Of a DNA stretch of 64,000 nt, positions 30,371-41,200 are shown piece by piece (the stretch's first letter is position 1; each line of letters starts with the position of its first letter). Below the pieces are notes generated by a model that did not search any database, was not told the DNA's origin, and saw only the letters and a list, made by a program, of their open reading frames with translations. The stretch comes from an uncultured Lachnospiraceae bacterium (GTDB taxonomy: Bacteria > Bacillota > Clostridia > Lachnospirales > CAG-274): assembly GCA_964654945.1 (NCBI GenBank), contig CAZZLN010000003.1, forward strand, positions 3,398 through 67,397. Reading direction: 5' to 3'. The position numbers and the translations under genes were made by a program.

Positions 30371-31090
30371 ATGCCATATTATGGATACTATGGATATAGC
30401 GGAAGCAGCTTGAGCACAATTTTATACTTTGCTATAATTATTATGTTTTTTGTGTCTATGTATTATCAGTATAAGGTATCTTCAACTTTTTCAAAATATT
30501 CTAAGGTACAAAATTCAAGAGGAGTTACCGGTGCGGATGTAGCAAGAGCATTACTTAGATTTAATGGTATAACTGATGTAAGTGTTGAGTCCGTTTCAGG
30601 AAATTTAACTGACCATTACGACCCTTCAAAAAAGGTTATAAGACTTTCACAGAATGTATTTAACTCTGCAAGTATATCTGCACTTAGTGTTGCTGCTCAT
30701 GAAACAGGTCATGCGGTTCAGCATGCAAAGGGTTATGTTCCTCTTTCTTTAAGATCAGCAATATACCCTGTTGTAAATTTAAGCAATAAGCTGGCTTTTC
30801 CTTTAATTTTTATTGGTCTTTTATTGGGTGGAAACTATACCCTTGCACAGGTTGGCATTATACTTTTTGGGGCTGTTGTAGCATTTTATATTATAACTCT
30901 TCCTGTAGAGTTTAATGCTTCGTCAAGAGCATTGTCTATGCTTACAGAATATGGTTATCTGTCTGAAACAGAGATAAAAAGCTCTAAAAAGGTCCTTGGA
31001 GCGGCAGCTATGACCTATGTTGCAGCAGCGGCAACATCTTTGCTTCAGCTTTTAAGACTTATTGCAATAGTTGGCAACAGACGTGATTAA
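30371..31090 (+). CDS. Membrane zinc metallopeptidase (YugP-like)
   Basis: HETGHAVQH zinc motif with flanking TM segments. GAGGTGA RBS before the ATG at 30371. Confidence 0.8.
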   Translation: MPYYGYYGYSGSSLSTILYFAIIIMFFVSMYYQYKVSSTFSKYSKVQNSRGVTGADVARALLRFNGITDVSVESVSGNLTDHYDPSKKVIRLSQNVFNSASISALSVAAHETGHAVQHAKGYVPLSLRSAIYPVVNLSNKLAFPLIFIGLLLGGNYTLAQVGIILFGAVVAFYIITLPVEFNASSRALSMLTEYGYLSETEIKSSKKVLGAAAMTYVAAAATSLLQLLRLIAIVGNRRD

Positions 31091-31096
31091 TTTTTT

Positions 31097-31125
31097 AAGG
31101 CACTTTTATAGGTGCCTTATTTTTT
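31097..31125 (+). terminator. Intrinsic terminator
   Basis: Stem AAGGCAC / GTGCCTT with an 8-nt loop, followed by ATTTTTT. Confidence 0.65.
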
Positions 31126-31219
31126 GTATAAAATTTAAAAAAAATTAATAAATTTATATAGCCAAATTTGCAATTATATGGTACAATTATGTTAATAAAG
31201 AGGAAGGAGCAGCTTTATA

Positions 31220-31921
31220 ATGTATAATAAAGTGATATTAAAGCTTAGCGGAGAAGCCCTTGCAGGTGAAACAGGCAAAAGCTTTGACAATGGCACAATT
31301 TTTTCTATTATAGATCAAATTAAAAAAGTTATTGCAATGGGTACTAAAACATCCCTTGTAATAGGGGGCGGTAACTTTTGGAGAGGCAGAAGTGCAAATC
31401 CTGATATGGACAGAGTAAAGGCTGACCAAATTGGTATGCTGGCTACAGTTATGAATGCAATTTATTTTGCTGACTGCTGCAGACAAAAGGGTATTGATGC
31501 TGTAGTTATGACACCTATTAAAATCGGCACAGTAACTCTTGAATTTTCAAAGGATTTAGCTAATCAGCTTCTCAATGAAGGAAAGGTCATTATTTTTGCA
31601 GCAGGCATCGGGCATCCGTTTTTCTCAACTGACACTGTAACCGCATTGAGGGCTTGTGAGCTTCAGGCAGATGCTATATTGTTTGCAAAGGCTATTGATG
31701 GTGTATATGACAGTGACCCTGCGGTAAACCCTGATGCAAAAAAATTTGATGAAATTCCTTGTAAGGATATTGTAGAAAAGAACTTAAAGGTTATTGATAT
31801 TGCAGCAGCAAATCTTTGCTTTGAAAATAAAATTCCTGTTGTTCTTTTTGGACTTGCTGAAGAAAACAGTGTTGTCAGAGCTGCTAATGGAGAAAAAATA
31901 GGAACTGTTGTTACAGTTTAA
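31220..31921 (+). CDS. pyrH: UMP kinase
   Basis: VILKLSGEAL and GGGNFWRG motifs. pyrH-frr synteny. Confidence 0.95.
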   Translation: MYNKVILKLSGEALAGETGKSFDNGTIFSIIDQIKKVIAMGTKTSLVIGGGNFWRGRSANPDMDRVKADQIGMLATVMNAIYFADCCRQKGIDAVVMTPIKIGTVTLEFSKDLANQLLNEGKVIIFAAGIGHPFFSTDTVTALRACELQADAILFAKAIDGVYDSDPAVNPDAKKFDEIPCKDIVEKNLKVIDIAAANLCFENKIPVVLFGLAEENSVVRAANGEKIGTVVTV

Positions 31922-31945
31922 TTATAATTTTTTGGAGGTATAATT

Positions 31946-32500
31946 ATGTCAAAACATACTGAGCAATTTGAAACAAAGATGAAAAAAAGTTTATCAAATC
32001 TTAATAATGAGCTTGCTACAGTCAGAGCAGGCAGAGCTAATCCAAGAGTTTTGGATAAGGTTATTGTTGAGTGTTATGGTATGGAAATGCCTGTTAATCA
32101 GGTCGCCAATATTTCTACACCGGAGGCAAGAGTTCTTTTAATTACACCATATGATATATCTACTATTAAAGCTATTGAAAAAGGTATTAATAAGTCTGAT
32201 ATTGGTATCAATCCTAACAGTGACGGTAAGGTTATAAGACTTGTATTCCCTGAGCTTACAGAGGACAGAAGAAAATCTCTTACTAAGGATATTAAGAAAA
32301 AAGGCGAGGAAACAAAGGTCGCAATCAGAAATATCAGGCGTGATGCAATGGATACAGCAAAAAAGCTTGAAAAATCAAATGAAATTACAGAAGATGAAAA
32401 AGAAAATCTTGAAAAAGAAATCCAGAAATTAACCGATAAATATATTGCTGAAGTTGATAAAGCTGTTGAAGCTAAAAACAAAGATATTATGTCAATTTAA
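31946..32500 (+). CDS. frr: Ribosome recycling factor
   Basis: 184 aa with ELATVRAGRANP and LTEDRRK motifs. Confidence 0.95.
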   Translation: MSKHTEQFETKMKKSLSNLNNELATVRAGRANPRVLDKVIVECYGMEMPVNQVANISTPEARVLLITPYDISTIKAIEKGINKSDIGINPNSDGKVIRLVFPELTEDRRKSLTKDIKKKGEETKVAIRNIRRDAMDTAKKLEKSNEITEDEKENLEKEIQKLTDKYIAEVDKAVEAKNKDIMSI

Positions 32501-32508
32501 TTTAAAAT

Positions 32509-32539
32509 AAGGCTGTTGTATAATTTGTGCAACAGCCTT
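32509..32539 (+). other. Hairpin after frr with no U-tract
   Basis: Perfect 10-bp stem AAGGCTGTTG / CAACAGCCTT with an 11-nt loop. It is followed by ATTAAAAG, so it is at best a weak terminator. Confidence 0.35.
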
Positions 32540-32561
32540 ATTAAAAGAAACGAGGGATAAA

Positions 32562-33278
32562 ATGGCTAATGATATACCAAAGCATATAGGAATTATAATG
32601 GATGGTAACGGCAGATGGGCAAAGAAAAGGCTTTTGCCCAGAGTTTTCGGACACAGAAAAGGAGCTGAAGCTCTTGATAAGCTTCTTACCGATATGAAAG
32701 GTTTAGGTGTTGAGTGCTTAACAGTATATGCTTTTTCAACTGAAAACTGGAAAAGAGCAGAGGAAGAAGTTTCCGGAATAATGAAGCTTTTAAGAGAATA
32801 CATAAATAAATATTTTGGTGACCCAACTCTTGATTTAAGAATTAACTCAATAGGTGATTTATCCAGATTAAATCAGGATCTGCAAGACGACATCGCCAGA
32901 ATGAAGGAGCAGTCAAAAGATAAAAAGGGCATTTGTCTTACTATTGCTATGAATTATGGCGGCAGAGATGAAATAAAAAGGGCAGTTCAAAATATAGCAG
33001 AGGATGTTAAAAATGGTAAGCTTGACAGCAAAGATATTACCGAACAGACTATTTCAGAATATCTTGATACAAATTTTCTGCCTGACCCTGAGCTTATTAT
33101 AAGAACCAGCGGTGAAATGAGAACAAGTAATTTTCTTCTTTGGCAGTCAGCTTATTCAGAATATTATATAACTGATAAATTATGGCCTGATTTTACTGTT
33201 GAAGATTTAAAGGACGCTATTAAATTCTATCAGTCCAGGGACAGAAGAATGGGCGGAAGAAATGAGGACAAAAAATGA
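32562..33278 (+). CDS. uppS: Isoprenyl transferase (undecaprenyl diphosphate synthase)
   Basis: HIGIIMDGNGRWA, FSTENW and RTSGEMRTSNFLLWQ motifs. Confidence 0.95.
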   Translation: MANDIPKHIGIIMDGNGRWAKKRLLPRVFGHRKGAEALDKLLTDMKGLGVECLTVYAFSTENWKRAEEEVSGIMKLLREYINKYFGDPTLDLRINSIGDLSRLNQDLQDDIARMKEQSKDKKGICLTIAMNYGGRDEIKRAVQNIAEDVKNGKLDSKDITEQTISEYLDTNFLPDPELIIRTSGEMRTSNFLLWQSAYSEYYITDKLWPDFTVEDLKDAIKFYQSRDRRMGGRNEDKK

Positions 33279-34069
33279 AAACCAGAATAATATCAGCAGT
33301 TGTAGCAATACCTTTGCTTTTGTTTTTTATAATTTATGGCAGGCTGCCTTTAAAAATTGCAACATTAATTATATCGTTAATAGGAATGTATGAACTTTAT
33401 AAGGCTGTTTCAGGTAAAATTAAAATTATTCATATATATGGTTTCGCTTTAGAATTATTGTATTTTTACAAATGGTTTAATTCCTATATGGATTTAAAGC
33501 TTATAGTTTGTGCAGCATCTGTATTTACTGTACTTATATTATTTATGATAGTAATTTTTCATAAAACAAATAATATAAATGATGCCGCTATAACAATATT
33601 TGGATTTTTCTATTTAGGTATTTTGCTTAGCTTAATATGTTTTATAAGAGATGCTGATATACATATGCGTTTTGTTTGGCTGCCATTTATTTTTGCCTTT
33701 GGCAGTGATACAGGTGCATATTTTATTGGTTCAAAATTTGGCAAACATAAATTAACACCGGAATTAAGCCCCAAAAAATCAGTAGAGGGTGCTATAGGCG
33801 GCATAGCTTCATCAGCAATTTTAACAACGATTTACGGTTGTGTTGTGTCATCAGCAGATATTGGCTTTTTTAATATAATTATATATATTTTTGCGGGGGC
33901 AGTTGGTTCAGTATTAGCACAATTTGGTGATTTAGCGGCTTCAAGTATAAAAAGATATGTTGGAATAAAAGATTATGGAAAACTTATGCCGGGTCATGGC
34001 GGTGTTCTTGACAGATTTGATTCTGTTTTATTTACACTGCCCCTTGTATATTTATTGACAATATTGTAA
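33275..34069 (+). CDS. cdsA: Phosphatidate cytidylyltransferase
   Basis: CTP-transferase signature SSIKRYVGIKDYGKLMPGHGGVLDRFDS. ATGA overlap with uppS. Confidence 0.9.
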   Translation: MKTRIISAVVAIPLLLFFIIYGRLPLKIATLIISLIGMYELYKAVSGKIKIIHIYGFALELLYFYKWFNSYMDLKLIVCAASVFTVLILFMIVIFHKTNNINDAAITIFGFFYLGILLSLICFIRDADIHMRFVWLPFIFAFGSDTGAYFIGSKFGKHKLTPELSPKKSVEGAIGGIASSAILTTIYGCVVSSADIGFFNIIIYIFAGAVGSVLAQFGDLAASSIKRYVGIKDYGKLMPGHGGVLDRFDSVLFTLPLVYLLTIL

Positions 34070-34081
34070 AGAGGTGTAATA

Positions 34082-35224
34082 ATGGCTAAGGATATTTCTA
34101 TTTTAGGCTCAACAGGCTCTATAGGCACACAGACGCTTGATGTTATAAGAGAAATAGGCGGCATCAATGTATGTGCTATGAGTACAAACACAAATATTGA
34201 GCTTTTTGAAAAACAAATAAGAGAATTTAAGCCAAAGCTTGTTTGTGTTATGAACAGCAAAAAAGCTTTGGAATTAAAAAAGAATATAAGTGATACCGAT
34301 ATTGAAGTTATGACAGGTATGGAGGGACTTATTGCGGTTTCAACATATAGCAGTTCTGATACTGTTGTAAACTCTGTTGTTGGCAATATAGGCTTACAGC
34401 CTACTGTTGCTGCAATTAAAGCAGGTAAGGATATTGCTCTTGCAAACAAGGAAACTCTTGTTACATCAGGGGAGCTTGTAATGAAGCTTTTAAAAGAAAA
34501 TAATGTAAATATGTATCCTGTAGACAGTGAACATTCAGCTATTTTTCAATCATTGCAGGGAAATAAGGGCAACAAAATTCATAAGATTTTGCTTACTGCT
34601 TCAGGCGGTCCCTTCAGAACATACACTGACCTTTCTAATGTAACAATTGACGATGCCTTAAAACACCCTAACTGGTCTATGGGTAAAAAAATAACTGTAG
34701 ACTCTGCTACGCTTATGAATAAAGGCTTAGAAGTTATAGAAGCAAAATGGCTTTTTGATGTTGAGCTTGAACAAATACAGGTTCTTGTGCATCCTCAGAG
34801 CATAGTTCATTCAATGGTAGAATATGAAGATGGTGCAGTTATAGCACAGCTTGGTGAACCGGATATGAAAGTACCTATTCAGTATGCACTTACATACCCA
34901 AAAAGAGTTAAAAATTCTTTTCCTAAAATTAATTTCTTTGAAAAGAATAATTTAACATTTGAAAAACCTAAAACTGAATTATTTCCTTGTCTTGGCTTAG
35001 CTTACAGTGCAATAAAAACAGGGGGCACAATGCCTGCTGTAATGAATGCTTCAAATGAAATTGCTGTTGCTAAGTTTATTAACAAGGAAATAGGCTTTAT
35101 GGATATACCAAAATTAATAGAAAAGACAATGTCAGCATATAATGTTAAATATGATTATTCTCTTGATGATGTCCTTGAGGCTGATAATTGGGCAAGAGAA
35201 TATACAAAATTTTTACAGAGGTGA
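34082..35224 (+). CDS. dxr: 1-deoxy-D-xylulose 5-phosphate reductoisomerase
   Basis: ILGSTGSIGTQTLDV, LANKE, DSEHSA and HPNWSMG motifs. Confidence 0.95.
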   Translation: MAKDISILGSTGSIGTQTLDVIREIGGINVCAMSTNTNIELFEKQIREFKPKLVCVMNSKKALELKKNISDTDIEVMTGMEGLIAVSTYSSSDTVVNSVVGNIGLQPTVAAIKAGKDIALANKETLVTSGELVMKLLKENNVNMYPVDSEHSAIFQSLQGNKGNKIHKILLTASGGPFRTYTDLSNVTIDDALKHPNWSMGKKITVDSATLMNKGLEVIEAKWLFDVELEQIQVLVHPQSIVHSMVEYEDGAVIAQLGEPDMKVPIQYALTYPKRVKNSFPKINFFEKNNLTFEKPKTELFPCLGLAYSAIKTGGTMPAVMNASNEIAVAKFINKEIGFMDIPKLIEKTMSAYNVKYDYSLDDVLEADNWAREYTKFLQR

Positions 35225-35228
35225 TATT

Positions 35229-36299
35229 TTGTCAATTATTATAACACTTGTTATATTTACAATTATTGTTGTAATTCATGAATTTGGTCATTTTTTTGTT
35301 GCTAAAAAATGCAATGTTCTTGTAGAAGAATTTGCTGTTGGTATGGGACCTAAGCTTTATGGCAAAAAGATTGGTGAAACAGAATATACTCTTAGAATTC
35401 TTCCTCTTGGAGGATTTTGCAGAATGGCTGATGAAAAACCTGAAAACAGTAATAGAATAGGCTTTAATGATGCAGCAGTTCTTCAAAGAATAGCAATCTG
35501 CATTACAGGACCTCTTATGAACTTTGTTCTTGCGTTTATTATAATGATTATAATGGGCATATGCACAGGCATTTCCACAACAAATGTTGTTGATGTTATA
35601 GAGGGCAGCGGAGCTGATATTGCCGGTATACAAACAGGCGACAAAATTGTTGAATTTGACGGTCATAGTGTTCATACAAGAGATGAGCTTGAATTTTATA
35701 AAAGTGAAACCGGAAGCAAACCTATAGATATTGTTGTTTATAGAAACAATGAAAAATTTAAAACAACTCTGGTGCCTGTTTTTGATGAAGCAACTCAAAG
35801 ATATTTACTGGGAGTATCCCTTGATAAAAAAGCACCTTTATTAAATATGACTAATATTGATTTTTCCAATGTAGAGAAAGCTGAATTTGCCGAATATATA
35901 AGTGATGGCTTTTGGAGCAGTGCTGCTCTTGTTAAGCTGACTGTACTTGGCTTTTTAAAAATGGTGACAGCGCAAATTAAAGTACAGGAGCTTTCGGGCC
36001 CTATAGGTGTTACGGCAGTAGTTGATGATATGTATGAGGCAGCATCACCTGCCGGAATGAATATTGTGATTTTACAGCTTGTGTATTTAATGGCTCTTTT
36101 AAGTGCAAACTTAGGCGTAATAAATCTTCTTCCCTTGCCTGCAATTGACGGCGGAAAGATTTTAATTTATATTATAGAATTAGTATCAGGCTACAGAATG
36201 CCAAAGGAAAAAGAAGCTTATATACATTTTATAGGTTTTGTTTTGCTTATGGGATTGGGAGTTTATATAGCATATAACGATATATTAAAATTATTATAG
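35229..36299 (+). CDS. rseP: RIP metalloprotease RseP (site-2 protease with PDZ domain)
   Basis: HEFGHFFVAK in the first TM segment, a PDZ segment and the C-terminal NLLPLPAIDGG motif. The ORF-track start (35142) lies inside dxr. The TTG at 35229, just after the dxr stop and a GAGGTGA, is the likely start. Confidence 0.8.
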   Translation: MSIIITLVIFTIIVVIHEFGHFFVAKKCNVLVEEFAVGMGPKLYGKKIGETEYTLRILPLGGFCRMADEKPENSNRIGFNDAAVLQRIAICITGPLMNFVLAFIIMIIMGICTGISTTNVVDVIEGSGADIAGIQTGDKIVEFDGHSVHTRDELEFYKSETGSKPIDIVVYRNNEKFKTTLVPVFDEATQRYLLGVSLDKKAPLLNMTNIDFSNVEKAEFAEYISDGFWSSAALVKLTVLGFLKMVTAQIKVQELSGPIGVTAVVDDMYEAASPAGMNIVILQLVYLMALLSANLGVINLLPLPAIDGGKILIYIIELVSGYRMPKEKEAYIHFIGFVLLMGLGVYIAYNDILKLL

Positions 36300-36308
36300 G
36301 TGGTATTT

Positions 36309-37367
36309 ATGGATTTTATAACAAGAAGAAAAACAAGAGAAGTACAAATTGGTAATGTAAAAATTGGAGGAGATAACCCTGTTGCAATTCAATCTATGTG
36401 CAATACAAAGACCTCTGATGTTGAAGCTACCGTTAAACAGATTAAGGAGCTTGAAGCTGCAGGCTGTGAAATAATAAGAGTTGCAGTGCCTGATATGGCT
36501 GCTGCTGAAGCTTTGGGAGAAATAAAAAAACGTATTAATATACCCCTTGTTGCTGATATTCATTTTGATTACAGACTTGCATTAAAGGCAATTGACTCAG
36601 GAATTGACAAGCTTAGAATTAATCCCGGAAATATAGGAAGCGAAGATAGAATTAAAGCAGTTGTTTTAGCTGCGAAAAAAAATAAAATACCTATCAGAAT
36701 CGGTGTAAATTCCGGCTCCCTTGAAAAAGATATTCTTAAAAAATATGGTGCAGTTACACCGCAAGGATTAGTTGAAAGTGCTTTAAGACACGTAAAAATA
36801 CTTGAAAAATATGATTTTCACGATATAGTAATTTCAATTAAAGCATCAAATGTGCCTTTTACAATTGAAACCTATACACTTTTATCAAAAGAAGTAGATT
36901 ATCCTCTGCATCTTGGTATTACTGAATCGGGCACAGAATGGACAGGCTCTATTAAATCTGCTGTTGGTATAGGTGCAATTCTTGCAATGGGAATTGGTGA
37001 TACAATAAGAGTATCCCTTACAGGAAATTGTGTTCAAGAGGTTTTGACAGCTAAGGAAATATTAAAATCTCTCGAATTAAGAAAGTTTGGAGTTAATTTT
37101 GTATCCTGTCCTACCTGCGGCAGAACACAAATTGACTTAATAGGTCTTGCTAATAAGGTTGAACAAAGATGCAGAAATATTAACAAGGATATTAAGGTAG
37201 CGGTAATGGGCTGTGCAGTAAACGGCCCGGGAGAAGCAAGGGAAGCAGATATAGGTGTAGCAGGCGGAGATGGCTATGGACTTATATTTAAAAAAGGAGA
37301 AATTTTAAGAAAAGTTCCTGAAGATAAGCTCCTTGATGCTTTGATGAATGAAATAGATAAATTATAA
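36309..37367 (+). CDS. ispG: 4-hydroxy-3-methylbut-2-en-1-yl diphosphate synthase (flavodoxin)
   Basis: GcpE motifs [27 protein letters not shown] and [10 protein letters not shown]. Confidence 0.95.
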   Translation: MDFITRRKTREVQIGNVKIGGDNPVAIQSMCNTKTSDVEATVKQIKELEAAGCEIIRVAVPDMAAAEALGEIKKRINIPLVADIHFDYRLALKAIDSGIDKLRINPGNIGSEDRIKAVVLAAKKNKIPIRIGVNSGSLEKDILKKYGAVTPQGLVESALRHVKILEKYDFHDIVISIKASNVPFTIETYTLLSKEVDYPLHLGITESGTEWTGSIKSAVGIGAILAMGIGDTIRVSLTGNCVQEVLTAKEILKSLELRKFGVNFVSCPTCGRTQIDLIGLANKVEQRCRNINKDIKVAVMGCAVNGPGEAREADIGVAGGDGYGLIFKKGEILRKVPEDKLLDALMNEIDKL

Positions 37368-37435
37368 TTTTATAAATGTTGAAGATTGCTGGCTTATGGA
37401 TAACAATATGAAAAATATAATTATATGGATTTGGG

Positions 37436-37497
37436 AAATACCTAATCTGCCAAGAAATAAAGGTGATGGATTTCGTTTCTTTGATTTATAGGTATTT
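37436..37497 (+). promoter_or_regulatory. Long imperfect hairpin (terminator or attenuator) immediately upstream of the membrane protein gene
   Basis: AAATACCTA (37436-44) pairs with TAGGTATTT (37489-97), ATC with GAT, and AAGAAA (37452-57) with TTTCTT (37476-81). The loop is 18 nt and the structure ends in a T-run. Only 23 nt, containing the RBS, separate it from the ATG at 37521. Confidence 0.35.
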
Positions 37498-37520
37498 TAA
37501 AGAAAGGAACTTAATCATAT

Positions 37521-38168
37521 ATGAAAATTGAATATTTTAAAAGATACCTGTTTCTTTGTATAGGTTTGTTTATTATGTCGTTAGGAATAGCTTTTTCCAT
37601 TAAGGCTAATTTGGGAACTTCACCTATTTCAAGTGCTCCTTATGTTGTAAGCCTTATATATCCCATAACAGTCGGAACGGCAACCATTATAATGCACTGT
37701 GTATTCATATTGCTGCAAATTATTATTTTGAGAAAGAAATATCAGCTAATACAGTTAATGCAGCTGCCTGTGGCACTTATTTTTGGATTTATGACAGATT
37801 TTTCGGTGTGGCTTATTAATGGGATAACATACTTATCTTATTCAATGCAGTGGATTTTATGTATAATCGGAATTGTTTTAGTAGCCATAGGTGTTAGTAT
37901 GGAGGTTACGGCAAATGTTGTTACAGTAGCGGGAGAGGGACTTGTGCTTGCAATTTGCAGAGTAATGCCTGTTAAATTTGGAAATATGAAAGTATGCTTT
38001 GATGTTATATTAGTATTAACAGCTATATTGACTGGTTTTATCTCAAAGGGCGAATTATTGGGAGTAAGAGAAGGTACAGTTGCAGCGGCTTTGCTTGTAG
38101 GCTTGCTTTCCAAAAAAATTTGTAAACCGATAACGAAAATAATGGATAAAATAATAGGGATAGTTTAG
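37521..38168 (+). CDS. YczE-like integral membrane protein (function unknown)
   Basis: 215 aa, about 6 TM segments. The N-terminus LGIAFSIKANLGTSPISSAPYV is typical of the YczE/YitT-like family. Inserted between ispG and polC. Confidence 0.6.
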   Translation: MKIEYFKRYLFLCIGLFIMSLGIAFSIKANLGTSPISSAPYVVSLIYPITVGTATIIMHCVFILLQIIILRKKYQLIQLMQLPVALIFGFMTDFSVWLINGITYLSYSMQWILCIIGIVLVAIGVSMEVTANVVTVAGEGLVLAICRVMPVKFGNMKVCFDVILVLTAILTGFISKGELLGVREGTVAAALLVGLLSKKICKPITKIMDKIIGIV

Positions 38169-38247
38169 AATAAAAATTTCAATTTGCAAAAAAATGGTTT
38201 ACCGGATGTCCCATATAATAAAAATAATATATGATAAGGTGATTTGT

Positions 38248-41200
38248 ATGGAAAAATTAGCTTTTCCAAATGTATTCAAAAATATAAATTTATCGGCTAA
38301 TGTAAAAAGTATATTGAAAAATACATACGTTGGTGATGTTTCCTTTAAAGTAAATACAGCCACTATGTCATTTAGGATATTAAGTGATACTTTTTTTGAT
38401 GAAAGTTGTCTTGAAGATTTAAAATCTGATATTTATGAAAGCTTTCCGTCAATAGAAAATGTAGATATTTTTGTTAATTATCCAATGGCTGATTTATCTG
38501 ATGAAGAAAAAATTGAAGCTTATCTTCCTAAGATAACAGAGAATATAAGAAAAAAAAATACACTTGCAGCAAAGCTTATTGATGAATGTGACTGGAAAAT
38601 TGATGGCTCAAATATTATATTTAATGTAGACCATAATGGTTCATATCTTTTGGAATATTTGGATATACATAATTTAATTCAGAAAATTCTCAGAACAAGA
38701 CTCAATATGAATTACGGAGTTTTATTTAAAAACAAGGAATTATCTAATGAAAAGCCTGATTTTTCAAATATTGTTGATACAGTAAAAGTTCCTGAAGTAT
38801 CTGACAAAGCTAAAGTGACTGCACCTGCTGTCAGTGATAAAAAATACACCAGACCCAATAAAGCTAAAAAGGTTACTGCTAATGAAATAACAGAAGAAGC
38901 ACTTACAATTTCTCAGGCAATTGCTCAAATGGGTAATTTAGTTGTAAAAGGGCAGATATTTTCCGAAGCTGAAATTGTTGAAACCAGAAGCGGCAAATGT
39001 ATTGTAAAATCAGTAATAAGAGATAAAACAGGTGCTTTATCTGTTAAAATGTTTTGTGAGCCTGATGAGTATAAATTAAAATTTAAGGCGTTTTTTAATC
39101 ATAAAAAGAAGCCTTATGTTAAAATTAAAGGAAATCTTTTACCTGACAAATATGAAAATAATGAACCTGTTTTAATGATTAACAACATAACCTTTGGCAC
39201 AGCACCAATTTGTAAAACCGATGATGCTGATGTTAAAAGAGTTGAGCTTCATTTACATACAACAATGAGTATGATGGATGGTGTTACTCCTGCTGAAGAA
39301 TATATTAAACGTGCATTAAAATGGGGGCATAAAGCAATTGCAATTACTGACCATGGTGTTGTACAGGCATTTCCGGAAGCTATGCACGCTGTTGATGGAG
39401 ATGAAATAAAGATTTTATACGGTTGTGAGGGGTATCTTGTAAACGATATGGGTGCAGTAGTTAAAAACAGTAAAGGGCAATCTCTTGACAGCACTTATGT
39501 TGTTTTTGATATTGAAACAACAGGCTTAAAAAAAGAAATAGATAAAATTATAGAAATTGGTGCAGTTAAGATTTCAAAGGGTAAAGTAATTGATAGATTT
39601 TCAACATTTGTAAACCCAAATATGGAAATATCACAGGAAATTACAAAGCTTACCGGCATTGATAATTCAATGGTCAAGGATTATGAGTCTGAAGATATAA
39701 TAATACCAAAGTTTCTTGAATTTATCGGTGACAGTGTACTTGTTGCTCATAATGCTTCTTTTGATGTCAGCTTTATAAGGCAATGGGCAGCTAATCACAA
39801 TATTGTAATAGATAACACTGTTGCAGATACTGTTGAGCTTGGCAGAATTTTGCTTCCAAAGCTACATAACTTTAAGCTTGATACTATATGTGAGGCACTT
39901 AATGTTTCTTTAAAGGGACACCATAGGGCAGTCAATGATGCTGAAGCTACCGCTGAATGCTTTATTAATTTTATTGAAATGCTTAAAAACGAAGATGTAT
40001 TAAATCTTGATGAAGTAAATGTTTTTGGTGCTAAAAACATTGATAAAGCCAAAATAGCAAAAAGGTATCATATAATTTTATTTGCTAAAAATCAAAGGGG
40101 AATTAAAGCTCTTTATCAGCTTGTATCTGCTGCACATATTAATTATTTTAATGTCAGAAGCGGCAAACCTCATTTTCCTAAATCAGAAATATTAAAATAC
40201 AGAGATGATTTAATACTTGGCTCTGCCTGCGAAGCAGGTGATTTATATGATGCAGTTTATAACAATCTGCCTGAGGAGGACATTAAAGAAATTGTAGATT
40301 TTTATGATTATCTTGAAGTTCAGCCATTAGGAAATAATGCTTATATGATTAATAATCAGAGCAAAAACGGCAAAACGGTAAAAAGTATTGATGACCTTAT
40401 TGAAATAAATAAAAAAATAATTGCATTGGGAGATAAATATAATAAACCTGTTGCAGCAACAGGTGATGTGCATTTTATGGACCCTGAAGATGCTGACTAC
40501 AGAAAAATTGTTCAGATTGGAGAGGGCTTTAAGCTTGAAGATATTGAAAATCAGGCACCTCTTTACTATAGAACGACTCAGGAAATGCTTGATGAATTTT
40601 ATTATATAGATCCTGAAAAGGCTTATGAAATAGTTGTTACAAATACTAATTTGATTGCCGATATGATTGATGATGGTATTTATGCAGTTCCAAATAAAAA
40701 ATGTCCGCCTGTTATTGAGGGTGCTGATGATGAGCTAAGAGAAATAACTACAAAAAAGGCTAAGTCCATATATGGTGACCCATTGCCTAAAATAGTTGAG
40801 GACAGACTTAACAGAGAGCTTGACTCAATTATAGGAAACGGATATGCAGTGCTTTATATAATTGCACAAAAGCTGGTTTGGGATTCAAATGCCCATGGCT
40901 ATATTGTTGGCTCAAGAGGCTCTGTAGGCAGCTCTTTTGCAGCTACAATGGCGGGTATAACTGAGGTAAATCCTCTTGACCCTCATTATGTTTGTCCTAA
41001 TTGTAAATACTCTGATTTTGATTCAGAAGAAGTTAAAAAGGCAGCAGGCAACTCGGGTTTCGACCTGCCTGATAAAAAGTGTCCTATATGCGGTGCAGAG
41101 CTTAATAAAGACGGACAGGCCATACCCTTTGAAACATTTCTTGGCTTTAACGGTGATAAAGAGCCTGATATAGACCTTAATTTTTCAGGTGAGGACCAGA

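Noticed and set aside
37436-37500. Possible match to a known riboswitch. GGTGATGGATTTCG resembles the GGCGAUGGnGUUCGCC start of fluoride (crcB) riboswitches, and ACCTAATCTGCC is vaguely like part of the TPP element.
   Set aside because: The rest of each consensus is missing. There is no AAACnGC...CUAAUGA...CCUAC tail or pseudoknot partner for the fluoride class, and no CUGAGA box for TPP. The downstream gene is not a typical target of either. I kept it only as an unclassified hairpin leader.
38194-38247. N-terminal extensions in the ORF track. Affected starts: polC 38194, ecfA 48798, truA 51247, esterase 62067, SBP 58259, priA 26697, gmk 25646, ger A 12043, rseP 35142, SAS 44363 and lplB-like 60046.
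   Set aside because: In each case an internal start with a canonical RBS matches the family N-terminus. The extension overlaps an upstream gene or a terminator hairpin, or has no RBS. I therefore used the shorter coordinates.
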